From positions 1 to 64,000 of the forward strand of contig CAVVUS010000040.1 in NCBI GenBank assembly GCA_963751345.1: DNA of 64,000 bases, in the 5' to 3' direction. This DNA is from an uncultured Chloroflexia bacterium (GTDB lineage Bacteria; Chloroflexota; Anaerolineae; B4-G1; SLSP01). Position numbers and translations under genes: made by a program. The notes below the pieces were generated by a model. That model did not search any database, was not told where the DNA came from, and saw only the letters and a program-made list of their open reading frames with translations. Below are positions 8,969-19,340 of this stretch, piece by piece (position 1 is the first letter of the stretch; each line of letters starts with the position of its first letter).

Positions 8969-11253
8969 TCAGGCCTGGCGCAACACCCGCTGGAAAGCAC
9001 GTAAGAGCACGCCTTCCTGCTCGTACCCCTGCTCTGATAGCTCGCTTAGGCCAAGGTAAAGCGCGTGACGACAGCGGCGCAGCAGGCCCAGAACAAGCCT
9101 TAGTAGTGTCTCCTGGCGCAACGCAAACTCGTCCGCATCGGTCCACACCCGGCCCTGGACCCATCGCCTGCTCAGGACATAGGGGTGTGTCAACGGTTGG
9201 TACAGACGCTCCCACCACCCCTGCCCGCCGACGTTGAGCCAGAATTGAATGTCCACCGGGCGATTCGCGAGCAAAAAAGTATAGGCTGGCGCGAGCAGCA
9301 CGGCGTCTTCCGGCTCTGACTGCCAGAGCTCAAGGTACTGAGCTGCGATCACGCCCTGCTGCACCATCTCAAGGTATTCCTGGCCGAGAGACTTCCCCTC
9401 GGGCAAGTCCGAGAGGCCGGGCCCCCGGCCATCGTGCCCTGCGGAGATCCACCGGAACTTCTGAATCGACTCGATCAGCATCGCTGCGGCCCGCCCGGCG
9501 TCAGAGTCCTGGTAGAAACCAAACCCAGGCTGAGAGAGCACCTCACCGAACAGCCTGGCCAGGACGTGGTCAAGGGGCGCCACGGACCGCTGTGGGGCCG
9601 GCCCATCGGGACCTCTTGCCCGGTCACCTTCGACGTCCGCGTCACGCGTTTCGTCCTCAGCGGGCGCCCTGTAGCTCTCAATCCACCGGCGCAGCTTCTC
9701 ATACCGTTCGCCAAAGGCGAAGGTAATGCGCTGCTGCATGTCAGGGTTGATCTCGTCAAAGGCGCCCAACTCGAGCTGTCCCTCTCGCGGCCGGTAGACG
9801 ATACTGGAGAGAAGTTGTGCCCTCACAAGATCCAGGTCCGCAATGGCGTGACGAAGCGCATAGGTCACGTCGAACTTGGATGGCACGATCTGCCACTGCG
9901 GGTGGGCTAGCGCCGCCAGCGTCAGCAGCGTCTGGGTCGCCGGTTCGTCGCGCAGCGCCCTCGATGGACGATGTGACCGCGTGGGCACATCGTATTGGGC
10001 GAGGCGGTTCGCAAGAGAGAAACGTAGAGCATCGGTGAGAAAGGGAGCCAGTACCACGATGTTGCCCGGCCGGATCCCTTCGTCGTGCACCAGGTTGCGA
10101 ATCTCGGAAGCCACCCAGTCGAGCATCTCAGGATGGAACCGATGGTGCCCAAAGTGCAATTCGCGCCGAGCCTCAGCAGCGACCGTCAGGCCGGTGTCGA
10201 CGTCGTCGTCCGCGCCGTTGCAGGGGCTTCAGGGCCGCATCCAGGTCCTCGCGGTAGGCAATGCTGCTCCCCTCATTCCCCGCCACGGGCTTCAATGTCT
10301 CCGACAGCACGTGGCTGAGACTTGCCATCGCGGGCGACACGACGAACGACTGCGTTAGCTCTACCGTCTCATCACACAGATCTCGAAGCATCCACGCCAC
10401 TTTTGGGATCCGCACCCAGGAAGCTGCGGTACCCCGCGCCCCGATCAAAGACGACGAGGGCTGACCTCACCGAACCCAGCCAGGTGTAGAGGATGTCGTG
10501 CGCGACCGGGGTATCCTCCTCGACATTGTCGACGATGAGATGCCGGTAGGTCTGGGTGAGGTAATCCCTGCATAGCGGCTCCTCCCAGAGGTGCTCAACG
10601 AAGAGCGCCATCTGGAGGGAGAAATCGAGCAGGTTGTGTTCCAGGCAGTAGGTGCGGAACTGCATCGCGCAGATCTGCGCCTGATCGTAGATCCTTGCCT
10701 GCGACAACTCCCCCATCCACGCACCCTTCAGGCGCTCGGCGATCTCCGTGGGCGGAAACCCCACCACCGCCGACTTGTTGAGGTTGTCCAGGATCTGACT
10801 GTAGAGGCGGCTGCGGTCGATGGTGATCGATTCGAAAAAGCCCTCCCGTTCGATCAAAGGGCCGACCACGCGCGCTACGTAATATTGTGCCGTCTCCAAC
10901 GTAAGAAAAGCGGGGCGTGACTCAGGATCGGCGAAACCGGCGTCCTCGGCAACCAGGGGCCAGAAGAGATCGATCATGCGGCGCGCGAGTCCGCCGATCG
11001 TGGCCACGGTCACGAGTCCGCCCGCGGCCAGGTCGGGCTGCCGCAGCGCCTCGTCATAGGGTCGCGCCAGGGTCCGCTGGGGTGTGATGACGAGTACCTC
11101 ATCTGCCCGAACGCCGGTGTCCAGAAGACGCCGCAACCTCGCCACGGCGGCCGTTGTCTTACCGGTTCCCGCGGCACCTTCGAGGAAGCTCCGTCGCGAG
11201 GGAGGTGCCTCGACCACGGTACGCTGCTCGGGTGTAAGTGCGAACTCCGTCAT
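8969..11253 (-). CDS. degenerate SF1 helicase-like protein (AddB-type partner subunit), apparent frameshifts near 10410 and 10200
   Basis: LTPEQ Q motif, Walker A GAAGTGKT, altered Walker B IVDNVEED, C-terminal LLRRCRHALYLGLSELS. Reconstructed from three consecutive ORF pieces (10372-11253, 10173-10448, 8969-10159). Confidence 0.75.
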
Positions 11254-11278
11254 CCTTTGTCTCCCCGTCGCTGCGAAC

Positions 11279-11292
11279 AGAACGACTGTTCC
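11279..11292. promoter_or_regulatory. LexA-like SOS box GAAC-N4-GTTC
   Basis: AGAACGACTGTTCC lies just downstream of the -10 of the helicase operon promoter, over the likely transcription start. Confidence 0.6.
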
Positions 11293-11294
11293 AT

Positions 11295-11322
11295 ATTGTA
11301 CCTGCGCAACGTCGCCTGGCAA
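11295..11322 (-). promoter_or_regulatory. sigma70-type promoter of the helicase/nuclease operon
   Basis: Minus strand TTGCCA (11322-11317), 16-nt spacer, TACAAT (11300-11295). Confidence 0.6.
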
Positions 11323-11332
11323 CCAACAAGCA

Positions 11333-11394
11333 ACCTTCCGGGTTGCTTAGTGGTCAGCTTCACAAGCGGGTACTGCATTCAGCAACCCGGAAGG
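11333..11394. repeat. REP-like inverted pair, family A, copy 1
   Basis: CCTTCCGGGTTGCT ... AGCAACCCGGAAGG; the same arms recur at 12542-12607. Confidence 0.75.
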
Positions 11395-11479
11395 ACAAGG
11401 AAGAAGGGAACGGGCAGAATTCGTAATTCAGATAGAATAGGGGGCAGCACACCGGAACCGCACAAGAGAGGACAGTGAG

Positions 11480-12538
11480 ATGCCGACTGAGACAATGACC
11501 CCGAAGGAGCGCTGGCTTGCAGTGCTGCAGCGCGAGACGCCCGACAGGCTACCGATGGACTACTGGGCGACGCCCGAGGCAACGAGCAAGCTGATGGCCC
11601 ATCTCGGCGTGGCCACCGAGGCCGAGATGTATGACCGGCTGCATATCGACTATCTGGTCAACGTGGGCCCACGCTACGTCGGGCCGGCTCTGGCGCCGGA
11701 TGTCGACATCCATGGCATCCACTACAGGGACGTCGACTACGGAACCGGCGTCTACCGCGAGAGCATCGATCATCCCCTGGCGCGCTTCGAGTCTGTCGAG
11801 GAGATCGAGGCCGCATACACCTGGCCATCGGCGGATTGGTTCGACTATTCGGTCATCCCGGGCCAGATTGCAGGACGGGAGGATCACGCCGTTCGCGGCG
11901 GTGGCTCGGAGCCCTTCCTCACCTACTGCAGCCTTCGCGGCCTGGAGCAGGCCTACATGGATCTGGTCATCAACCCGGAGATGGTCCACTATTGCCTCGA
12001 TCGGCTCTTTGACTTCGCGTATGAGAACACGACCCGGATCTACGAGGCCATTCCGGGGCGCGTCAACGTCTCGTATGTCGCCGAGGACATGGGATCACAG
12101 GAATCGCTGCTCTTCTCGCCTAAACAGATCCGCACCTTCCTGATTCCGCGAATGAAGCGGATGATCGATCTGGCGCACAGCGCCGGCGCGTTTGTCTTCT
12201 TCCACAGCGATGGCTCTGTCCGCAAGATCATCCCGGATATGATTGAGGCCGGGATCAACGTGCTGAATCCGATACAATGGCGCTGCACAGGCATGGGGCG
12301 CAAGGGGCTGAAGCGGGATTTCGGAGCTCAGTTGGTCTTCCACGGGGGTGTGGACAACCAGCAGACCCTCCCCTTCGGCACCGTGGACGACGTCCGCGAG
12401 GAAGTGCTGGCCAACATCGAGATTCTTGGGAAGGGCGGTGGTTACATCCTCGCGCCCTGTCACAACATCCAGGCCAACACCCCGCCCGAGAACATCGTGA
12501 CGATGTACGAGACGGGGTATCAGAGCGGATGGGCGTGA
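11480..12538 (+). CDS. uroporphyrinogen decarboxylase (URO-D/MtaA-CmuA) family protein
   Basis: MTPKER..A.....PDRLP N-terminus, EDMGSQ, FHSDG, LNPIQ, FHGGVD.Q..LPFGT, GGGYILAPCHNI. Confidence 0.85.
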   Translation: MPTETMTPKERWLAVLQRETPDRLPMDYWATPEATSKLMAHLGVATEAEMYDRLHIDYLVNVGPRYVGPALAPDVDIHGIHYRDVDYGTGVYRESIDHPLARFESVEEIEAAYTWPSADWFDYSVIPGQIAGREDHAVRGGGSEPFLTYCSLRGLEQAYMDLVINPEMVHYCLDRLFDFAYENTTRIYEAIPGRVNVSYVAEDMGSQESLLFSPKQIRTFLIPRMKRMIDLAHSAGAFVFFHSDGSVRKIIPDMIEAGINVLNPIQWRCTGMGRKGLKRDFGAQLVFHGGVDNQQTLPFGTVDDVREEVLANIEILGKGGGYILAPCHNIQANTPPENIVTMYETGYQSGWA

Positions 12539-12541
12539 CCT

Positions 12542-12607
12542 TACCTTCCGGGTTGCTGCGCAGAATCACGGCGAGCAGCCCGCCTGCGGGTAGCAACCCG
12601 GAAGGTA
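12542..12607. repeat. REP-like inverted pair, family A, copy 2 (between convergent genes)
   Basis: TACCTTCCGGGTTGCT ... AGCAACCCGGAAGGTA, a 16-bp perfect inverted repeat. Confidence 0.75.
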
Positions 12608-12625
12608 GTCCCTAGTCGGAATCTC

Positions 12626-14059
12626 TTACTCCCCGTTGTGCCAATAGAGATCCCACCCCAGGTACGTCGTGATGGCCTCGTTCAGAACGCTCGCTACGTG
12701 ACCGCGCGCGACAGCCGTGTGGTGCTCAAAACCGTTCCTGCACATAGTCTTCAGCAGCCCCTGGAGATGGGGTATTCGTAGCACCGCGGCGCCTCCCTGA
12801 AAATCACCCACGGGATCATCCGTGATATCACCCTCGCCGAGGTACGCCTTCATCACACCCAGGGGATCGTCCGTGGAGACGCGGAAGAAGGTCATCGGGC
12901 CGGGTGCAGCCTGCCCTTTCACCGCGCCAAAGCAGCTATCGGGGCCCAGTGTGGCGCCGAGCACGTCGAGGTTCGAGATCTCGACCTCACCGCCCATGAA
13001 ACTCTTGGGGAAGTTGCTGCAGTGGGTATTGATGCACACGTCACGATCATCGCCGTAGTTGTTGTTCCAGTCCTGGAATGCCGGCGGATTCCCCGAGGCC
13101 AGCAACAGAGCGTACATCGAGACCGCCCCCATCACGTCCACCTCGCAGGCACTGGGCATCAGGCGATCACCCATCATCGCCATCGACACGCAGGTGGCGC
13201 ATCCGTAGTTCTTCTGGATGGAATCCCAGCACTCCACCGCACTGGCGTCACATTCGTTCTCATCCATCCACCGATCCATCTTCACAGAGAGCTTGGCCTG
13301 TTTGAGAATATTGGCACCGAGAATGGTGTCAGGGATACGGCCATAATCGCGGATTGCTGCCAGCTTCGTCCGGACGGCGGGATCATCATCGTCGAGGGAT
13401 TGCGCCCCGAAGATGATCTCCGAGAGATCGACGGGCACGACAGTGATGCCCGCAGTCTGCAGCAGCTTCTCGCTATACCGCACCGTTTGGAACGCAGCGG
13501 GTCGAGCACCAATGGCGCCGACACGTGCGTGGCGCAGACCATTGACCACGCGGCAGACAGCGGCAAAGAAGTCCAGATCACGGGCGAACACCTCGCTCGC
13601 CAGCGCCTCGGTATGGTAGGTCGTATCGGTGAACGGGATGCCGTACTGGTAGAGGTTATTGCATACGGAGAGCTTTCCACAGAAGGCGTCCCTGCGCTCC
13701 GACACGGAGAGCTTGTCGACCTCGTCGTCGCACGCCTGAACGAGTACCGGGACATCGAGTCCAGACAACTCCAGCGTCTGCACAACTCCGAGTTCGTCGC
13801 CGAAGTTGGGCAGCACGACGATCACACCATCGATGCGCCCGGCGTTGTCGCGGAAGAGCTGAGCCGCAAGCTTGGCGTGCTCACGCGTCTCGATCGCCCC
13901 GCAGGGCGTCGCCTCCTCAGGCGTGATGACGTAGTCATAGCCTTTGCCGTCGAGAATGCGCAACAATTCGTGCCGCGCGTCGCGGGCCAGCTCGGCGTTG
14001 AAGAAACCGCGCGTGCCAACGATCAATCCGAAACAGGTCCGCTTATCCATGATACGCAT
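12626..14059 (-). CDS. L-fucose/L-arabinose isomerase family protein
   Basis: LPNFGDE, RRDAFCGKLS, ACEVD, NTHCSN, GFEHH motifs. Confidence 0.85.
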   Translation of the reverse strand: MRIMDKRTCFGLIVGTRGFFNAELARDARHELLRILDGKGYDYVITPEEATPCGAIETREHAKLAAQLFRDNAGRIDGVIVVLPNFGDELGVVQTLELSGLDVPVLVQACDDEVDKLSVSERRDAFCGKLSVCNNLYQYGIPFTDTTYHTEALASEVFARDLDFFAAVCRVVNGLRHARVGAIGARPAAFQTVRYSEKLLQTAGITVVPVDLSEIIFGAQSLDDDDPAVRTKLAAIRDYGRIPDTILGANILKQAKLSVKMDRWMDENECDASAVECWDSIQKNYGCATCVSMAMMGDRLMPSACEVDVMGAVSMYALLLASGNPPAFQDWNNNYGDDRDVCINTHCSNFPKSFMGGEVEISNLDVLGATLGPDSCFGAVKGQAAPGPMTFFRVSTDDPLGVMKAYLGEGDITDDPVGDFQGGAAVLRIPHLQGLLKTMCRNGFEHHTAVARGHVASVLNEAITTYLGWDLYWHNGE

Positions 14060-14082
14060 CGGTCTGACCTCCTCTGTCCGTT

Positions 14083-14565
14083 CTATAGCAGGGCTTCGAT
14101 CTCAGGAGCGATCTCTTCAGGCGTGACGTTCGAGGCAAAGCGCTTCAGCACCTTACCCTTTCGATCCACGAGAAACTTGGTGAAGTTCCACTTGATGGCC
14201 TTCGTCCCCATGATTCCGGGCGCTTCTTCTTTCAGGAATACGAAGAGCGGATGGGCATCAGCCCCGTTGACGTCGATCTTGTCGAACATCGGGAAGGTGA
14301 CACCGTAGTTCACCTGACAAAACTGTTGGATGTCCTCAGCCGTGCCGGGTTCCTGGTTCCCGAACTGGTTGCACGGAAACCCCAACACCTCGAAACCGCG
14401 CTCGCGGTAGGTCTCAAAGAGCTGCTGCAAGCCCTCATACTGCGGGGTGAAGCCGCACTTGCTCGCCGTGTTCACGATCAAGAGTACCTCGCCCTCATAG
14501 TCCGCCAGAGACTTGGGCAATCCCATGAGTGTCGTCGCACTGAAATCATAGACTGTGTCTGCCAT
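14083..14565 (-). CDS. glutathione peroxidase family (Cys-type)
   Basis: VNTASKCGFTPQY, LGFPCNQFG.QEPG, KWNFTKFLV. Confidence 0.93.
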   Translation of the reverse strand: MADTVYDFSATTLMGLPKSLADYEGEVLLIVNTASKCGFTPQYEGLQQLFETYRERGFEVLGFPCNQFGNQEPGTAEDIQQFCQVNYGVTFPMFDKIDVNGADAHPLFVFLKEEAPGIMGTKAIKWNFTKFLVDRKGKVLKRFASNVTPEEIAPEIEALL

Positions 14566-14598
14566 TTGGCCTCCTGACTGGGTAACGTGACCGCCATC

Positions 14599-16150
14599 CT
14601 ATACTTGATGCAACAGATCTTTCAAGGTCGGGTAGAGTTGACTATACAGCGCGTAGCGCTCATCGTAGCGTACCGAGCGCTCTGGGTCCGGTTCGAACCG
14701 GCGCACCAATTTCACACTTGCGGATGCCGCCTCCGCGATGTTGCCGAAGCATCCTACGCCGGCACCGGCCAGCAGGGCCGCTCCCCAGCACGCCGCGTCG
14801 GTGACAGACGGGGCAACGACCGGAATCCCGATCACATCGGCCTTGAGCTGCAACCACAGATCCGAGCGTGCCCCTCCGCCAATGGCGCGGAGTTCGTCAA
14901 TCGCAACCCCACCGGCGCGCAGCAAGTCGAGGTTGGTCCGCAGTTCGAACGTGAGGCCCTCCAAGATCGCCTTTGCCACCTCTGTCTTGGTCGTGTTGAA
15001 GGTCAACCCCAGGATCGCGCCTTTCGAGGCGGTGTCGAGAGTCGGCGTGCCGCTGCCGGCGAAGTGCGGCAGAAGCAGCAGCGATGTCGGGTCGGGCGAG
15101 GCATTCTCAAGCAGAAGGTCGTAGGCATCGCGGGCCGTCGCGACCCGCGCCAGCTTGGCGACCCGCAATAGCAGCTGCAGACGCGAGCTCCTCGCGTCCA
15201 TAGGTGTCACGATACCAGCGCAGGAGCAGCCCCCCGCTATGGTTGAGCGTCATTGCGAGAAACAACCCTGGCACCGCGTGCGCGTAAACGGAGATGTTGC
15301 CCGCGTAGAGGGTCTCATTCACCACCGGTGCTGCCAGCGCAACCTCAACGACCTCCGCCGTGCCGGTAGAGACCACGGCGAGACCGGGCTGGACCAGCCC
15401 CACGCCCAGCGCGCCGCAGGCCTGATCATGACCCCCTGTGACGACCATCGGCGGCTTGGCAAAGCCGAGATCTGCCGCCAAGTCCGCCCGTATTGGCCCT
15501 ACAAGTGTACCGGAAGGAGCCACCCTCGCCAACCGCGATCGGTCGAGCTCCAGCACACCCAGAACATCGCCGGACCACGCATCGTCGCGCAGAGCGTACA
15601 TCTGTGTCCGCGAGGCCAGGCACCGGCTAACCACCGCCTCGCCCGTCATCTTTCGCACGATGAAATCCTCGTAGAGCAGGAAATGCGCTGCTCGGGTCCA
15701 GAGATCTGGCTCATGCTCACGCAACCACATCAGCTTGGGCAGTGTGTTAATCGTGTGGATGGGCATGCCCGTAAGTGTGAATAGGGTTCGGGCGCCGAGC
15801 TGCGCCTCAAGCTGCTCATTCTGAGGTGACGTCCGCGTATCCATCCCCAGGATGGCAGGGCGCAGCGCACGTCCATCGGCGTCCACGGGAATCACTGCCT
15901 CGCCCTGGACTGAGAGCGCAATCGCCTCAATCTCCTCGCCGCAGGCCCATTCCATCGTCACAGTCGCGATGACCTCGCGCATCGCATCCTGTGCCAGGCG
16001 CCAAACCTCCTCGGCGTCCTGCTCCGCCCAGGTGGGCCGGGGCATCTGAACGCCGTACTCGCGGCGCGCGCTCGCGATTGCCGTGCCGTCCTGCTCAAAG
16101 ACCATGGCTTTGCAGCCTGTCGTACCAATATCGAGACCAAGTAGACGCAT
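14599..16150 (-). CDS. FGGY family carbohydrate kinase (xylulokinase-like), frameshift near 15190
   Basis: [24 protein letters not shown] in ORF 15107-16150; [19 protein letters not shown] in ORF 14599-15210. Confidence 0.85.
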
Positions 16151-16167
16151 GATCCCTCCAGTCTCGC

Positions 16168-17508
16168 CTACAGCCTATCTACCGCCGCCAATAGCTCCAA
16201 CTCCCCGATCTCCCCCGCCATCCACCGATCCTGCAACCGCCGCAGCGTGAGGAGCATCGACGGCTCGGCTAACGCGACGTCGTCGAGTGTCACCGGTGTA
16301 TCCATCGGCACATCCCTCACCAGCCGCGCGCCCTTAGCCAGACCGATGGGCAGCAGCCGTTCCTCCCTGGCCACCTCGTAGCGGTCGATCAGGCCATAGT
16401 ATGTCGTGCCCCCGATGCCGTCGAGGACATCTCCGGGCCTCAGATCCTGTTTCGCCACGGCAAAGACTTCGGAGACCAGCCGATCGAGCGGCACCATATT
16501 CGACATCCCGCGGATGACGAGCATCGCGCAGGTCAGTGGCACCTCAATCGAGCACAGGTGATAGGGGCGAAAGAGGGTGTAGTAGGGACCGTCCCCCATG
16601 TCACGCAAGACCATCGCATCACGAAGCCGAGGGTGGTCGGTCCGCACGACGAGGAAGACGCCGGGTGCCACCTTACCCACGCCGAAGTCGACGACACCCA
16701 TTCGGTTGAGGATCCCGCCGTCTTCCCTCAAGCGATATACTTTCTCCAGGATCTCCCGGTGCGTCACGGGACCGTGCATCCCACGAACATCGGGGACGAG
16801 CCCCGTCGCATTGGAAACGGCAGCCATCTCCACCATCGTCTTGCTGCCGTCGACGAACTCGATCAGCATAGTGGGGGTGAGGCCACGGCGGGCAGCCTCC
16901 TTGGCCCACGCCGCGTCCGTCGGCTTCGCGTGGCGGTCCAACGGGTTGTTCTTGCCCTTCCCCACGGCCACAATCGTGAAGCCCAGCGCGTCCGCGAAGT
17001 CGTAGAGTTCTTTGCAGGCTGCCGGTTCGTCCCCGGCGGCGAGGGCATAGTGAACGCCCTTGCGCTCCGCATACCATCGAAGCACAGGGCCGACCGTGAT
17101 GTCAGTCTCGACGTTCATCATCGCGATCTGTTTGCCGGCCCGCGCCGCAAGGAGGACGGCCCGCGACCCGATCTCCGGCACGCCGGTCGCCTCCAGGAGA
17201 ACATCGATCTCCGACATCTCTGCCACGACGCGGTAGTCGGTCGTGTAGACACGCTTCCCCGCCCGCGCTGCAGCGTCGGCCTCGTCTGCCGTCTTCGCCT
17301 CGACCACCTGGGCATTGACCTGGGCGATGGCGTAAGCCGACCGAGCTCGGTCCGAGTCGATGTCCGCCGTCACGACAACCTCGACCCCCTTCATCATCCG
17401 CGTCTCGGCGACCACGTCCGTGCCCATCTGCCCCGCGCCAACGAGCCCTATCCGCACCGGACGTCCTTCGGCCTCCCGGGCCTCCAATTCGGCATTCAGA
17501 CCTATCAT
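16168..17508 (-). CDS. NAD(P)-dependent oxidoreductase, homoserine-dehydrogenase-like with C-terminal SAF domain
   Basis: GAGQMG Rossmann motif, [49 protein letters not shown]. Confidence 0.8.
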   Translation of the reverse strand: MIGLNAELEAREAEGRPVRIGLVGAGQMGTDVVAETRMMKGVEVVVTADIDSDRARSAYAIAQVNAQVVEAKTADEADAAARAGKRVYTTDYRVVAEMSEIDVLLEATGVPEIGSRAVLLAARAGKQIAMMNVETDITVGPVLRWYAERKGVHYALAAGDEPAACKELYDFADALGFTIVAVGKGKNNPLDRHAKPTDAAWAKEAARRGLTPTMLIEFVDGSKTMVEMAAVSNATGLVPDVRGMHGPVTHREILEKVYRLREDGGILNRMGVVDFGVGKVAPGVFLVVRTDHPRLRDAMVLRDMGDGPYYTLFRPYHLCSIEVPLTCAMLVIRGMSNMVPLDRLVSEVFAVAKQDLRPGDVLDGIGGTTYYGLIDRYEVAREERLLPIGLAKGARLVRDVPMDTPVTLDDVALAEPSMLLTLRRLQDRWMAGEIGELELLAAVDRL

Positions 17509-17521
17509 CTCTTCGTGCTCC

Positions 17522-18583
17522 TCATTCCGGTGTGATAACGACTTTGAGACCCTTGCCGGTCGACGCGGCCTCAAAGGCCCTGGAGACGTCGGCAAGAGGG
17601 AAGGTGTGCGTGATCAGAGCATCGGCCGGAATCAGGCCGCGACGCAGCACGTCTAGCGCCAGTGCGTGCATCGTGGGATGGTAGGAGAAGGCACCCACGA
17701 CCTCGATCTCGCCGTAGTGAATGAGGTTGCCATCCAGTGTTGTCATTGAGTTGGCCTTTGGCAGTCCCCCAAAAAGGACCACCCGTCCGCCCTTGCGGAC
17801 CGCGCGCACCGCCTGCGCCTGCGTCGCCGCGACAGGGTTGGCACAGATGATGGTATCCGCCCCGCGGCCCTCCGTGTGCTCTCGCACCCAGGCCACAAAA
17901 GCGTTCCCCACCATGTCTGTCATAGCATCGGGCCCGAAATCCCGTGCAAACGCCAATCGGGTCGCACTAGGTTCCGAGATGATGACCCGCGCTCCCCGCG
18001 CCTTAGCGATGGCAACGTGCAGACATCCGATTGGGCCTGCCCCCATGACAGCGACGGTGTGATCGACATCGGTCCCTGCCTTGTCGTGACACGCCAGCAC
18101 CGAGCTCATGGGCTCCGCCAGGGCCGCGTGGAGACTCGAAAGGCCCGATGGAATGCGATGGACGATGCCGAGGTCCAGCACCTCACGCGTCAGGGCCATC
18201 CTCTCCGCGAATCCCCCGGGGTAACCGGGGCTGATGCCGAGGAAGTGCAAGCTATCGCAGAGGTTGTAGAGCCCGCGGCGGCAGTAGAAACACGTACCGC
18301 AGTGGATATCGGGCGCCACGGCCAGCCGGTCGCCAACGGCGTAATCCTGAGCCCCCGGCCCCGCGGCGATGACAGTACCGGCCACCTCGTGGCCGGCGAT
18401 GATCCCCTGCAGTCCCTCGATGCTTCGCTCGCCCGCAGTTGGGCCCTCACGCCAGCGTCTCAGATCAGATCCACATACGCCGCACGCCTCGACGGAGAGC
18501 ACCACCCCATCCTGCGGCACCTCTGGCTCGGGCGCCTCCTGCACAATGTACGTCTGCTTGCCGACCAGGAACGCTGCCTTCAT
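17522..18583 (-). CDS. zinc-dependent polyol/sugar dehydrogenase (MDR family)
   Basis: [34 protein letters not shown]. Confidence 0.88.
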   Translation of the reverse strand: MKAAFLVGKQTYIVQEAPEPEVPQDGVVLSVEACGVCGSDLRRWREGPTAGERSIEGLQGIIAGHEVAGTVIAAGPGAQDYAVGDRLAVAPDIHCGTCFYCRRGLYNLCDSLHFLGISPGYPGGFAERMALTREVLDLGIVHRIPSGLSSLHAALAEPMSSVLACHDKAGTDVDHTVAVMGAGPIGCLHVAIAKARGARVIISEPSATRLAFARDFGPDAMTDMVGNAFVAWVREHTEGRGADTIICANPVAATQAQAVRAVRKGGRVVLFGGLPKANSMTTLDGNLIHYGEIEVVGAFSYHPTMHALALDVLRRGLIPADALITHTFPLADVSRAFEAASTGKGLKVVITPE

Positions 18584-18596
18584 CCATCTGCCTCCA

Positions 18597-19196
18597 TTAC
18601 TTGAGCATCTGTCCGACTGCCCCACTCGGGTGGGTCGCGCCGAACGCTTCCTTGGTGTACCCGCGCAGCTGCAGCAGGAGAACGCAGAGGGCGTCACCGG
18701 CCGCGCCACCCACCAACGAGCTGCCTGTGGCTATCAGGCCGTAGGGGTCCACGTCGCCCACAGTCCGCACGCAGTAGACAGCATCGCTCATCTCGGCAAG
18801 GGGCGAGGTGGGGCTCTCGGTCTGGGCTATGACGCGTGCCCCCCTGCGCTTGGCGATGTCAACGAACTGGTTGACCTCGGCGCTCTGACCGCCCTTGGAG
18901 ATCACGTAGAGCACGTCGCCCTCCTTGATGGCGCCCGCCCCTCCGTGGAGTGCATCTGCCGCACTGATACACAGCGCCGGGGTGCCGACGCACGACAGGA
19001 GATGTGCGAATCGCTCGGCCATCGCGTGGGACGTTCCCGCACCCGTCACCAGGACGTGGCCAGGGCAATCCAGCAGCAGTGCCACCACCGGGACTATCCG
19101 CTCATCCATCTGTTCCACCAGCGCGGCGATCGCAGCCGCCTCACGGGAAATCACGTTCTTGGCTCTCCCAATCAGATCATCGCTTTCCACTTGCAT
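18597..19196 (-). CDS. SIS-domain sugar-phosphate isomerase (KpsF/GutQ-like, no CBS domains)
   Basis: [31 protein letters not shown]. Confidence 0.8.
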   Translation of the reverse strand: MQVESDDLIGRAKNVISREAAAIAALVEQMDERIVPVVALLLDCPGHVLVTGAGTSHAMAERFAHLLSCVGTPALCISAADALHGGAGAIKEGDVLYVISKGGQSAEVNQFVDIAKRRGARVIAQTESPTSPLAEMSDAVYCVRTVGDVDPYGLIATGSSLVGGAAGDALCVLLLQLRGYTKEAFGATHPSGAVGQMLK

Positions 19197-19340
19197 ATCC
19201 TTTCTGGTTTCCCTCCGTGGTATCACGGGTCGAGGGAGTGTCAAGGAAACAGAACTCGACGACGTTGCGCCCGCCTCCGAATCGCAGTACACTGGGCGGG
19301 ACCGGGTCACCAAGGGAGCGAGTGCGGAGGCGACGGAAGG

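Noticed and set aside
14083-14565. Selenocysteine glutathione peroxidase
   Set aside because: The active-site codon is TGC (Cys) and there is no in-frame TGA.
18369-19340. 324-aa N-terminal extension of the glycosidase (1042-aa ORF)
   Set aside because: It is antisense to the SIS and dehydrogenase genes; glycosidase similarity starts at ATG 19341, which has its own SD.
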